DNA from: a bacterium
GTDB lineage: Bacteria; Sysuimicrobiota; Sysuimicrobiia; Sysuimicrobiales; Humicultoraceae
DNA: 27,319 nucleotides
NCBI GenBank assembly: GCA_041497675.1
Contig: JBGQGY010000036.1
Span: 1-27,319, forward strand
Direction of reading: 5' to 3'
Position 1 is the first letter of the stretch, and each line of letters begins with the position of its first letter. Of this stretch, positions 15,857 through 24,607 are shown piece after piece. The position numbers and the translations under genes are program-made. The notes beneath the pieces were generated by a model that was given only the letters and a program-made list of their open reading frames with translations, was not told the origin of the DNA and searched no databases.

Positions 15857-16957
15857 ATGGGCGGACCCTCGTGGCTGGCGCCGCTCGCTGCACTGGTCGA
15901 TAACCCCCTGCCCGCCGAGACGTCACCGGCTGTTGCCGGTCTGATCGGCGATCACCCGTCGACGTACGCACGCAGCCCGCGCATCTGGACGCCCGCGCTG
16001 GCGGCCATGGAGATCCCGGCAAGTTATCTGTCGCTGGACGTGCCGGTCGATCGCCTCCCCGCGTTCATGCGGTGGATGCGGGAGACCCCGGCGTGTCTGG
16101 GCGTGAACGTGACGACGCCCCACAAGGCCCAGGTCATGCGGTACCTCGACGCGGTCGACGACACGGCCTCGGCGATCGGCGCGGTGAACACGATCGTCAG
16201 ACATCCCGACGGCGCGCTGGCGGGGACGAATACGGATGCGGTTGGCCTGCTAGCGGCGTTGCGCCATCGCGAGGGGGACGGGCCGCTGGTGCCGCGGCTC
16301 GCAGGGTTGACCGTGCTGTTGCTCGGCGCGGGGGGAGCGGCCCGCGCGGCGGCCGTGGCCCTCGCCGGCCGTCTCACGGGCGGGGAACTTCTTATCGTCA
16401 ACCGGCGCCACGATCGCGCGCAAGATCTGGCGGCCCGCGTGCAGGCATTGGGCGGGCGCGCCACGGCTGTGATCCACGGCGAGCTTGAGGCGCGTCTCCC
16501 GGACGTCGGCCTGGTGATCAACGCGTCGTTGTGCGGGCAGTCGGGGATCCAGAAGCGGGAAACGGGCTGGACCTGCCTCGAGCCCTATTCAGCGCTGGCG
16601 CCGGCCAGCCCGGCGGTCGTGCCGCCGATGCGCGAAGAGGACTTCCACCTCGTGTGCTCGGAGCGCTCGGCCGGCGACATCCGGCGCAACCTCGATCTCT
16701 CACGCGCCCGAGTGCGGCACCTGCCGCGCGGGGCGGTCGTGTATGACATGATCTATGCTCCGCTCGAAACGGTCACGCTCCGGCACGCCCGCGATGCCGG
16801 ACTCCGCGCGGCCAACGGCCGGTGGATGAATATCGCCCAGGCTGTGGAAGCGTTCGTCCAGCACGTGTGCCGGTCGATGCTGGAGGCCCGCGGCGTGAAC
16901 GGCCGCGGGGCGCGCCGGCGCGTCGAGCGCGTGATGGCCCGGGCCTGGAACGCGTAG
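15857..16957 (+). CDS. Shikimate dehydrogenase family protein (atypical, with large insertion)
   Basis: NVTTPHK, GAVNT, NTDAVG, GAGGAARA, NRR, YDMIYAP.ET, NG..M...QA. Confidence 0.8.
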   Translation: MGGPSWLAPLAALVDNPLPAETSPAVAGLIGDHPSTYARSPRIWTPALAAMEIPASYLSLDVPVDRLPAFMRWMRETPACLGVNVTTPHKAQVMRYLDAVDDTASAIGAVNTIVRHPDGALAGTNTDAVGLLAALRHREGDGPLVPRLAGLTVLLLGAGGAARAAAVALAGRLTGGELLIVNRRHDRAQDLAARVQALGGRATAVIHGELEARLPDVGLVINASLCGQSGIQKRETGWTCLEPYSALAPASPAVVPPMREEDFHLVCSERSAGDIRRNLDLSRARVRHLPRGAVVYDMIYAPLETVTLRHARDAGLRAANGRWMNIAQAVEAFVQHVCRSMLEARGVNGRGARRRVERVMARAWNA

Positions 16958-16979
16958 AGATACGTCGAGGAGGGGATCG

Positions 16980-18008
16980 GTGCGCGCCGTCCGGATGCAC
17001 AGGCATGGAGGCCCGGAAGTGCTGGCCTACGAGGAGGCGCCGGACCCGACGGTGGGACCTACCGATGTGCTCGTGCGGGTCCGGGCCGTCTCGGTCAATC
17101 ACATCGACATCTGGGTACGGAACGGCCTGCCCCGGCTACGGCTGCAGTTTCCCCACATCCTCGGCGCCGATGTTGCCGGGGTCGTCGAGGCGCTGGGCAC
17201 CGCCGCGAAGGATCTTGAGGTCGGCGCAGAGGTCATGCTGGCGCCCGGCGTGTCGTGTGGGCAGTGTGCGTCGTGCGCCGCCGGCGACGATACGTTTTGT
17301 CCCACCTATTCGATCCTGGGCGAGCATATCCATGGTGGGTACGCCGAGCAGATCGCCGTTCCGCGCGTGAACGTGCTCGCCAAACCACGGCATCTGTCGT
17401 TCGAAGAGGCTGCGGCCGTGCCGCTCGTGTTCGTCACCGCCTGGAACATGCTGGTGACCCGTGCGCGTATCCGCAGAGGGGAGACGGTGCTGATCTGGGG
17501 CGCCGGCAGCGGCATCGGCAGCGCCGCGATCCAGATCGCCAGGCTGCACGGTGCGCGGGTGATCGCGACCGCAGGCGCGGCATGGAAGCTCGACCGTGCC
17601 CGGGCCCTGGGCGCGGGCGACATGATCAACCATGCTGAGCAGGACGTGTATGAGGAGGTGCGGCGGCTGACCAACCGGCGCGGCGTCGACGTCGTATTCG
17701 AGCATGTCGGGGCCTCGACGTGGGAGACGAGCCTCAGGCTCCTGGCGCGTGGGGGACGGCTCGTGACGTGTGGGGCCACCACGGGCGGTGAGGGCAAGAC
17801 CGACATCCGCTACATCTTCAGCCGCGAGTTGAGTATCCACGGGACCTGGTTGGGTCCCAAACGGGATTTGCAATCGGCGATGGTGCCGGTGTCTGAAGGG
17901 CTGCTACGCCCTGTCGTGCACCAGGTGCTGCCGCTGGCCAAGGCGGCCGAGGCCCACGCGATCGTGCAGCGGCGGGAGCATTTTGGGAAGATCGTGCTCG
18001 TGCCCTAG
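16980..18008 (+). CDS. MDR family NAD(P)H:quinone oxidoreductase / Zn-binding dehydrogenase
   Basis: GGPEVL, VNHIDIW, PHILGADVAG, CGQCASC...FC, GAGSGIG, GVDVVFEHVG, HFGKIVL. The stop shares CTAG with the convergent moaD-moaE gene. Confidence 0.9.
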   Translation: MRAVRMHRHGGPEVLAYEEAPDPTVGPTDVLVRVRAVSVNHIDIWVRNGLPRLRLQFPHILGADVAGVVEALGTAAKDLEVGAEVMLAPGVSCGQCASCAAGDDTFCPTYSILGEHIHGGYAEQIAVPRVNVLAKPRHLSFEEAAAVPLVFVTAWNMLVTRARIRRGETVLIWGAGSGIGSAAIQIARLHGARVIATAGAAWKLDRARALGAGDMINHAEQDVYEEVRRLTNRRGVDVVFEHVGASTWETSLRLLARGGRLVTCGATTGGEGKTDIRYIFSRELSIHGTWLGPKRDLQSAMVPVSEGLLRPVVHQVLPLAKAAEAHAIVQRREHFGKIVLVP

Positions 18009-18694
18009 GAGGTCGGAGACGGATGTTCGTCCTGCCCGATCCACTCTGCGCCCTCCGACCAGACTTCTTTCTTCCAGATCGGGACGGTGTGCTTGAGGGT
18101 GTCGATGGTGAACCGGCAGGCCTCGAAGGCTTCGCGGCGGTGCGGGGCCGCCGCGGCGATGGCGACGCTGACATCCCCAATCTCGAGGGTGCCGAGCCGG
18201 TGGGCGATGGCGATCCGCACACTCCACCGTTCGGCAGCCTGCGCGGCGATGCGGGACATCTCCTTGCGCGCCAGGGTCTCGTACGCTTCGTACTCGAGAT
18301 GATCGACCTCCCGGCCCCGCGAGTGGTCGCGAACGATGCCCAGAAACAGCACCAGACCTCCGGCGCCCGGATGCCGCACGGCCTCCAGGAGGGTCTCGAG
18401 CCGAATCGGTTCGCGGACCAGATCAACGCGGACGGCGCCGGCGGGTACCTCCCCGCCGCTGACCGGAGCGAGGAGCGCGATCTGGTCACCTTCAGCCAGA
18501 CGTTGCTCGGCAGGATGGATCTCATCGTTGACGGCGATCGCGGTGGGGCGCACCAGCGCGCGCAGCGCCGGGTGCTGCCGAATGAGGAGATCCCAGACGT
18601 CGCCCGCGCTCGTGCCGTCGGGCACCGTCAGAGCGACGGCGGAGGCGCCCACGGCCTCGCGGTGAGCGGCGAAGAGACGGACGGTGATGTGCAT
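18005..18694 (-). CDS. Fused molybdopterin synthase MoaD-MoaE (MoaX-like)
   Basis: MoaD part ITVRLFAAHREAVG...AVNDE...GDQIALLAPVSGG, then MoaE part GGLVLFLGIVR, LEYEAY, HRLG, HRREAF, LKHTVPIWKKE. Confidence 0.92.
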   Translation of the reverse strand: MHITVRLFAAHREAVGASAVALTVPDGTSAGDVWDLLIRQHPALRALVRPTAIAVNDEIHPAEQRLAEGDQIALLAPVSGGEVPAGAVRVDLVREPIRLETLLEAVRHPGAGGLVLFLGIVRDHSRGREVDHLEYEAYETLARKEMSRIAAQAAERWSVRIAIAHRLGTLEIGDVSVAIAAAAPHRREAFEACRFTIDTLKHTVPIWKKEVWSEGAEWIGQDEHPSPTS

Positions 18695-18728
18695 GGGAAT
18701 GGGTGACGCGGTCCAGGCGGATCGTAAC

Positions 18729-19502
18729 ATGCGGTCACCGGGGTGTAAACTGCATCGGATCACCCTGGCGCTCATCGTCGCGCTGCTCGTGCTGATCGCG
18801 CCGCGACCCGCCGACGCCGCGCTGATCAGCGAGACGCAAGAGATCAACCTCGGCCGCCAGGCCGCCCAGCAGCTCGAGACCGACGTGGGGGTCGTCCGCG
18901 ACCCCGCGATGACCGAGCGCGTCCGGGTTATCGGCCGCCGGGTGGCCGCGGCGTCGGCCCGGCCGGGACTCCCGTGGACGTTCAAGGTCATGAAGGGCAA
19001 AGAGGTGAATGCCGTCTCGCTGCCCGGGGGGTTCATCTATACAACCGAAGGGCTGATGCGGTTCGTGCGTTCCGACGACGAGCTCGCCTTCGTCCTCGGC
19101 CACGAGGCCGGGCACGTCTCGGCCCGGCATCACGTGGCGATGATCGAGCGATATTACTTCATGGGCATCGTGATCCAGATCGCCTTCGGCCGCAGTCCGT
19201 CGGCTGCGCAGATCGCGGATCTGGTTCGCTTCTTCCTGACGCAGGGGTTCTCGCGCGAGAACGAATTCGAGGCGGACCGTCTTGGGGTCATGCACGCCCA
19301 CCGGGCGAAGTTTGATGCCTCAGCCGGTCTGGGGTTCATGCAGCGGCTGCGCGGTGCCGAAGGACGCGACCCCAGCCAAGTCGAGGTGTTGCTCCGCACC
19401 CACCCCGGTCTCGCCGATCGCATCGTCCGCGTCCGCGAGCAACTCCAGCAACTGGGATATCGTGTGGGACGCGCGACATCCTGGCGGATCGCCCTGCCGT
19501 GA
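18729..19502 (+). CDS. Secreted M48 family zinc metallopeptidase (BepA/LoiP-like catalytic domain)
   Basis: Signal peptide ending PADA, NAVSLPGG, ELAFVLGHEAGH (HExxH), FSRENEFEAD, RTHP. Start is approximate. Confidence 0.88.
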   Translation: MRSPGCKLHRITLALIVALLVLIAPRPADAALISETQEINLGRQAAQQLETDVGVVRDPAMTERVRVIGRRVAAASARPGLPWTFKVMKGKEVNAVSLPGGFIYTTEGLMRFVRSDDELAFVLGHEAGHVSARHHVAMIERYYFMGIVIQIAFGRSPSAAQIADLVRFFLTQGFSRENEFEADRLGVMHAHRAKFDASAGLGFMQRLRGAEGRDPSQVEVLLRTHPGLADRIVRVREQLQQLGYRVGRATSWRIALP

Positions 19503-20455
19503 CGATCCGCGACCCGTACGCCGTCCCGGGGCCCTACCGCAAGGCGCAACTCCACTGTCATACACGGCGGTCCGACGGCGCCTTCGAGCCGCTCGATCTC
19601 GCGCGCCGCTACCGGGACGCGGGCTACGCCTATGTCTGCTTCACCGATCACGATCGGGTCACGCACTGCGACGAAGCCGGCGAGGACGGGTTTATGGTGG
19701 TGCCGGGGGTCGAGCAGACGATTGCCTGGGGGATGCGCCCGCTCGGTCAACATCTGGGCCGGGTGTTGGTCGACGACGTGCTCGGTGGCGGTTCGGCGGA
19801 AGACTGCATCCGCCGAACGACCGCCGCGGGTGGCGTCGCGATCCTCAACCATCCATCGTGGACCGGGAACCTGTGGACCGGTGCCTGGACGATCCAGGTC
19901 ATGGCCGGGTTGCCGGGGCCGTTTCTTGTTGAGATCTGGAACCCGCACTCACACCCGACGGAAGACATGCACCGGTGGGCCGCCGCGGCGCTGGCGCACG
20001 GCCCCGACGTCTTCATCGGTGCGGCGGCTGGGGATGACTGCCATGTCGCCGCGCAGTTCAACCGCGCGTGGGTCATGGTGAAGACGCCGGCCGTGACCGC
20101 CGCGGCCCTGCGCGAGGCGCTTCTGACCGGGGCATTCTACGCCTCGACGGGTGTCGAGGCCGACTTTGGGGTCGAGGGACCGGCGGTCACCGCGCGCAGC
20201 GCCGCAGACGAGGTCGAGGTCTTCGACGCGGGCGGGCGGAGCCGTGACGTGATCCGGGGTGGAACCGGCCGTTACGAACCGGCCGGCGACGAAGGCTTCG
20301 TCCGTCTGGAGTGTCGCGCCGGGGCGCAGCGTGCGTGGAGCCAGGCGTTCTGGATCAGCCCGCCGTTCAAGGAGTATGTGAGCCTCAATGTACGGGCGAC
20401 GAAACCCCCGTCGGACGCCGGTCCGCGTGCATCGACCCGGTCGCATCGTTCCTGA
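19499..20455 (+). CDS. PHP-domain metallohydrolase (CehA/McbA-like)
   Basis: QLHCHTRRSDG, FTDHD, PGVE, ILNHP, EIWN, GDDCH, GAFYASTG, AWSQAF. GTGA overlap with the M48 gene. Confidence 0.8.
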   Translation: MTIRDPYAVPGPYRKAQLHCHTRRSDGAFEPLDLARRYRDAGYAYVCFTDHDRVTHCDEAGEDGFMVVPGVEQTIAWGMRPLGQHLGRVLVDDVLGGGSAEDCIRRTTAAGGVAILNHPSWTGNLWTGAWTIQVMAGLPGPFLVEIWNPHSHPTEDMHRWAAAALAHGPDVFIGAAAGDDCHVAAQFNRAWVMVKTPAVTAAALREALLTGAFYASTGVEADFGVEGPAVTARSAADEVEVFDAGGRSRDVIRGGTGRYEPAGDEGFVRLECRAGAQRAWSQAFWISPPFKEYVSLNVRATKPPSDAGPRASTRSHRS

Positions 20456-21533
20456 GCATCTCCAGCAGTCCGCCCGCGATGCGCTGCGTCGCGCCGGGAG
20501 GTCCGATGCGCTGGCGGCCGACCTCGCCGCGACGGCGTCGCTCCTGAGGGTCCCGCAGGAGCCGCACCGTCGCGGCCGCGGCTTCTCGCCAGGTGGTCGC
20601 CGGCACCAGCGCCTCGCCCAGCAGTCGATGCTGCGCCCTCAGGAAGTGCGGGCCGAACTGGGCGCTGCTTCCGGGAAACGCGACAACGGGCTTGCCCAAC
20701 CCGGCGGCCTGCTCGTTTGCGGTGCCCGCGAGCCCCACGACGACACCGGCGCGATGAAGCGCATCCGCAAAGAGCGGCGTGAACACCATGGGCGCGTGTG
20801 TCGCCGCTACACGCGCCCTGACAAGATCCAGCGACACGCCGGGCGCAACTGCCATGAGGAACCGGGCGTCCGGCACATCCTGTGCGACGGCGCCTGCCAT
20901 CTGTCCGAGGAGCCCCGCGTTGTCGGGCGCGTCGCCCCGGCTGCCAGGCAGCAACGTCACCACCGGGGTGTCGCCGGCAAGACCAAACGTTTCACCAGTT
21001 GTGTGCACGTGATCCATCATTGCGGTGCCGACCGACTCTGCCCGGCACCCCATTCCCAGCAGCGCATCAGCCGTCTCTGGGTCACGCGCGAACACGCGGC
21101 TCGCAAACCGGCGCAGCGAAACGCGGGCGAGGCCGCCGAAGGGTGAGATGCGCGCGGAGTCTGCCGTCGCGACGAACGCCACGCGGGGCGCGGCCGCACC
21201 CGCCATGTAGAGACAATAGGTGTCACCGACGGCCACCACGAGATCCATACGTCCGCGCTGCGCGTGCAGCGTGCGGCGCTGCGCAAACCACAAGCTGAGG
21301 ATTCCCGCAGCCAGGTCCGCGCGCAGACCGCGCAACCCGGCCCGGAATGAGAATCCACCGCTGGGCAGATCCAGCCGCGGCGCAAGCACCGGGACGTCCT
21401 CCGGGTAGGCGCCCGACCCGACGAGCGGATACGCCGTCACGTCCACCCCGCCGCCGCGCAGATGACGCGCGACGGCGGCCGAGATCAAATCCTCGCTGAC
21501 CCCATTGCTGACCAACAGCGCGCGCTTCGTCAC
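20385..21533 (-). CDS. Lipid-A-disaccharide synthase-related glycosyltransferase (LpxB-like, cyanobacterial/Deinococcus TIGR03492-like type)
   Basis: LLVSNGVSED, AYPLVGSG.AY, LPSGGF, VAVGD, LLPGSR, GLAGTANEQAAGLGKPV, GPPGA. GTG 21533 overlaps the GT2 stop. Confidence 0.75.
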   Translation of the reverse strand: MTKRALLVSNGVSEDLISAAVARHLRGGGVDVTAYPLVGSGAYPEDVPVLAPRLDLPSGGFSFRAGLRGLRADLAAGILSLWFAQRRTLHAQRGRMDLVVAVGDTYCLYMAGAAAPRVAFVATADSARISPFGGLARVSLRRFASRVFARDPETADALLGMGCRAESVGTAMMDHVHTTGETFGLAGDTPVVTLLPGSRGDAPDNAGLLGQMAGAVAQDVPDARFLMAVAPGVSLDLVRARVAATHAPMVFTPLFADALHRAGVVVGLAGTANEQAAGLGKPVVAFPGSSAQFGPHFLRAQHRLLGEALVPATTWREAAAATVRLLRDPQERRRRGEVGRQRIGPPGATQRIAGGLLEMLRNDATGSMHADRRPTGVSSPVH

Positions 21534-22474
21534 GGTCTGGGTTTGGCGGCGGCCGGCTTGGCCCGTCGCCGCCGCGCCGCGAACACGCCCTGGTAGAAGG
21601 ACCGCCACAACAGGTGGCTGTACATCTCTGAGCATATGATCGTAATGGCTGCGCGTTCGGCCAGGATCTTCAGCGGCCAGATGGCCGCGGTGATGATGCC
21701 GCTGCGGTAGACGAACCACTTGATCGGGAGCATCGGCGGCAGGATCTCCAGGAACAGCCCAAGGCGGAAGTCTCGGCCTTCCTTCTCCCACCAGTACACG
21801 GCGCCTTCGCCGGCCTGCCGCAGTTTTTCGCGGTGACTCTCCAGCGTTTGGATATGGTAGTGAAAGGCGAGCGCCGAAGGCTCGTAGCGCAGCAGGATCC
21901 CGCGTTTCGTCAGACGGAACGCCAGCTCCATGTCTTCCCAGCCATATCCCGTAAAGCCTTCGTCGAACCCTCCGACGCGTGTGAACGCCTCTCGGTCCAC
22001 AGAGAAGTTCCGCGTGATGACGTGAAACGGAGAAAGGTCCTCGCGTTTCCGGAGCGTCCAGTCCGGCCAGACGTGGCAGGCGCGCATGAACAGCGTCGTG
22101 AGACTTTCCGGCGCGGGCGGCGAGGGGCCCTGCACGCCGAGGTTGTCACGTTCGCCGTGGTGATTGAGGTGGGCCGCGATCAGTTCAGGGGTCGCCCACA
22201 CATCAGCGTCAAGGAAAAGCAGCACACGGCCGCGCGCCTCGGCTGCGCCGCGGTTGCGGGCGGCGGATCGTCCCGCGTTGTGCTGCTTCACCACGCGGAC
22301 CACCAGAGGCCCGGTCTGTTCGATGCCGTCCGTCGAACCGTCGGTGGACCCGTCGTCAACCACGACCACTTCAAACCGTTCGGGCGGGACGGTCTGTCGT
22401 TTCAGGGCATCCAGCGTGCCGTGCAAGATCCGGCCGCCGTTGTGGGTTGGGATCACCACCGTGAGAGCAGGCAC
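21530..22474 (-). CDS. Glycosyltransferase family 2
   Basis: VVIPTHN, VVDDGSTDGS, ARNRG, FLDAD (DxD), GFDEGF.GYGWEDMEL. Confidence 0.92.
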   Translation of the reverse strand: MPALTVVIPTHNGGRILHGTLDALKRQTVPPERFEVVVVDDGSTDGSTDGIEQTGPLVVRVVKQHNAGRSAARNRGAAEARGRVLLFLDADVWATPELIAAHLNHHGERDNLGVQGPSPPAPESLTTLFMRACHVWPDWTLRKREDLSPFHVITRNFSVDREAFTRVGGFDEGFTGYGWEDMELAFRLTKRGILLRYEPSALAFHYHIQTLESHREKLRQAGEGAVYWWEKEGRDFRLGLFLEILPPMLPIKWFVYRSGIITAAIWPLKILAERAAITIICSEMYSHLLWRSFYQGVFAARRRRAKPAAAKPRP

Positions 22475-22478
22475 GATG

Positions 22479-23702
22479 TTAGCCTAGCACGCCGGACCGC
22501 CGCCGGAGGTCACCCGCGGCGCCCAGAGCCATCACGTACACAAGCGCCACTGCGATGTGGACGCCAAACAACGTCACGTCGACGAGTTGGTGGCCGAGGA
22601 GCGCGGCGAGCGCTGCCAGCGCGCTCGCGCTGACGATCCGATCGGGGCTGCCTGGGTGACCGGCGGTATGCCAGCGCCACATGGCAGCGACGACGGCGGC
22701 GAGGAGGCCGATGAAGGCCGCCAGACCCGCGACCCCAGTCTCCGCGAGGAAGCTGAGAAAAATGTTGTGGGCGTGGGGGAACAGATCCAACGGGACGGCC
22801 TCGGGGACCACGCGTCTGTAGGCGAGGGGAAACGCCGTGAACCCAACGCCCAAGAGTACGTGTCCCGCCAGAATGCGCGGGACCGTCCGCCAGATCGCAG
22901 GGCGGCTGCGGATGCCCTCTGTATCGAGTGTTTCCCCCAGGCGGGTGCCCTGGGTGGCGTGGGCCCGCGTCAGGATCAACGGTGACGCCGCGGCGACCAC
23001 AAGGACCACCACGAGCCCGCACACCACGACGCGGCGCCAGGGCACCAGCATCACCAGGGTTGCCGTGCCGATCGCTTCCCCCAGCCACCCGCCGCGTGAC
23101 AGTGTCAGGGCGAGCCCCAAGACCGCGGCGGACACCCCGGCGCAGGCGAACACCTTCCGCCGGCCAGACTCCATGGCAAAGACGCCGAGCAAGAGGACAC
23201 CCGCCACCGCCAACACCGTGCCGAGGCTGTTTGGACCGATGCCCAGATGCACGCGCCCGTCCGGCACCCCGATCCCCAGCGCGCTGGTGAGCACCGCCAG
23301 CCCGCCGACGATGCCTCCCCCTGCGGCCCACGCGCGCAGCATGCGGGTCGCAAAGGTCTCATCGCGCAGGAACGCCAGGGTGACGGCCCGTACACCGATG
23401 AAGCCGGCGACGACCACATACACCATGCTGCCGAGCGCCTTCCATCGCCACTCGGACCACAACGATGAGATCAAGAGCACGCAGAGGAAGATCACGATCG
23501 GCCGATCGAGACTGGTGCGCGGCCACACGGGCTCACCGCGCCGCCACTCCCAGAAGAACAGTCCAAGCAGCACGACCAGACCGACGGCACCCAATCCGGC
23601 CGAGTAACTGCACGCGGCGGCGATCAGGACGCGGTCCCTCCAGACGCGAGGTCCGGCGCGCCACCAGCCCCCGCCGGCGTCAGGAAGCGATCCCGCGGTC
23701 AC
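22479..23702 (-). CDS. O-antigen ligase (WaaL/Wzy_C) family membrane protein
   Basis: About 10-12 hydrophobic segments, GPNSLG, LTLSRGGW, R..IW, LLGVG, PHAHNIFLSFLAETG. Confidence 0.88.
   Translation of the reverse strand: MTAGSLPDAGGGWWRAGPRVWRDRVLIAAACSYSAGLGAVGLVVLLGLFFWEWRRGEPVWPRTSLDRPIVIFLCVLLISSLWSEWRWKALGSMVYVVVAGFIGVRAVTLAFLRDETFATRMLRAWAAGGGIVGGLAVLTSALGIGVPDGRVHLGIGPNSLGTVLAVAGVLLLGVFAMESGRRKVFACAGVSAAVLGLALTLSRGGWLGEAIGTATLVMLVPWRRVVVCGLVVVLVVAAASPLILTRAHATQGTRLGETLDTEGIRSRPAIWRTVPRILAGHVLLGVGFTAFPLAYRRVVPEAVPLDLFPHAHNIFLSFLAETGVAGLAAFIGLLAAVVAAMWRWHTAGHPGSPDRIVSASALAALAALLGHQLVDVTLFGVHIAVALVYVMALGAAGDLRRRSGVLG
22481..22489 (-). promoter_or_regulatory. Extended -10 for a probable leaderless internal transcript of the GT2 gene
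   Basis: TGcTAGGCT lies exactly 6 nt upstream of GTG 22474, with no SD. It overlaps the end of the O-antigen ligase gene. Confidence 0.45.
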
Positions 23703-24606
23703 GGAGCCGATCCAGACAGTGTAGGTAATGCCGGGTGAGAACGCCCCGGACCACCAGGAACGCCAGCGTGTCCCAGCCGCGGGCGCGCAGCCACCGTTCG
23801 ACGACGGGGACGTTGCGCTCGGTGATCAATCCGGCGCCCCCCACCAGGAAGTGCACGAACCGCTGGACGATCGTGTCCTGAATCAGCAGACGCGTCGAGA
23901 GGCCGGGATGCTTGCGCAGCAGGTAGCGGGCCGTTCGCGCACGTTCCTCTTCTTTGAGCAGATAGCGGTCGAACGATTCGGGCGTTGGAGGCGGCACCAC
24001 ATGGAAGGCGACTGCGGCCGCGGAAAAGACTCGCGGGAGGCCTCGCGCCTTCAACCGTATGCCCAGATCGAAGTCCTCCCAGCCGTAGAGCCTGAACCCT
24101 TCATCGAACAACCCGGCGTCCATCAACGCCTGCCGCGGCACAGAAGCATTCGCGGTGTCGAGATAGGCGGTGGAGATCCGCGTCATCGGTGGCCGCGCCG
24201 GTACCGTCCGCGTGGGGATAGCGACCACGGGCCCCCGACCTACCACCGGCCGGCCCGCCGACGCGTGGATGTCCGCGTGCTGCTCCAAGAAGTCGCGTCC
24301 CACCAGGACGTCGCTATCGACGAACACAACGAGCGGGGTGCGCGCGGCCCGGATCCCGGCGTTCCGCGCCGCGGCCCGGCCGCCATTTGGATCGAGCCTC
24401 ACGGACCGGATCGGCGCCGGAGCCACCGCCGCGTTCGCGATGACGTCCGGCGTCCCGTCGGTCGATCCATCGTCCACGACCACAACCTCATACGCGTTGT
24501 GAGGCAACGTTTGATCAGTGAGGCGCGTCAGTGCGGCGCGTAGATTGTCGGCGTCGTTGTACGCCGGAACGATGACCGAGAGACGGAGGGTGGTCCCCGA
24601 GACCAT
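23680..24606 (-). CDS. Glycosyltransferase family 2
   Basis: SVIVPAYND, VVDDGSTDGT, AARNAG, FVDSD, FDEGFRLYGWEDFDLG. ATG 24606 follows the ABC stop after 1 nt. Confidence 0.92.
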   Translation of the reverse strand: MVSGTTLRLSVIVPAYNDADNLRAALTRLTDQTLPHNAYEVVVVDDGSTDGTPDVIANAAVAPAPIRSVRLDPNGGRAAARNAGIRAARTPLVVFVDSDVLVGRDFLEQHADIHASAGRPVVGRGPVVAIPTRTVPARPPMTRISTAYLDTANASVPRQALMDAGLFDEGFRLYGWEDFDLGIRLKARGLPRVFSAAAVAFHVVPPPTPESFDRYLLKEEERARTARYLLRKHPGLSTRLLIQDTIVQRFVHFLVGGAGLITERNVPVVERWLRARGWDTLAFLVVRGVLTRHYLHCLDRLRDRGIAS

Positions 24607-24607
24607 C

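Noticed and set aside
14888..16957. DhnA-family aldolase next to shikimate dehydrogenase as the archaeal alternative (ADH synthase/DHQ synthase II) shikimate pathway
   Set aside because: The motifs DQGLEHGP, YVGS and WAYPRG match true FBP aldolases, and no DHQ synthase II gene is adjacent.
18695..19036. 114-aa N-terminal extension of MoaD-MoaE in the ORF track
   Set aside because: It overlaps the divergent M48 gene; MoaD homology starts at MHITVRLFA (18694).
18729..19502. M48 peptidase as the protease that cleaves the MoaD-MoaE fusion
   Set aside because: It has a signal peptide and so is exported, whereas known cleavage is by cytoplasmic JAMM proteases.
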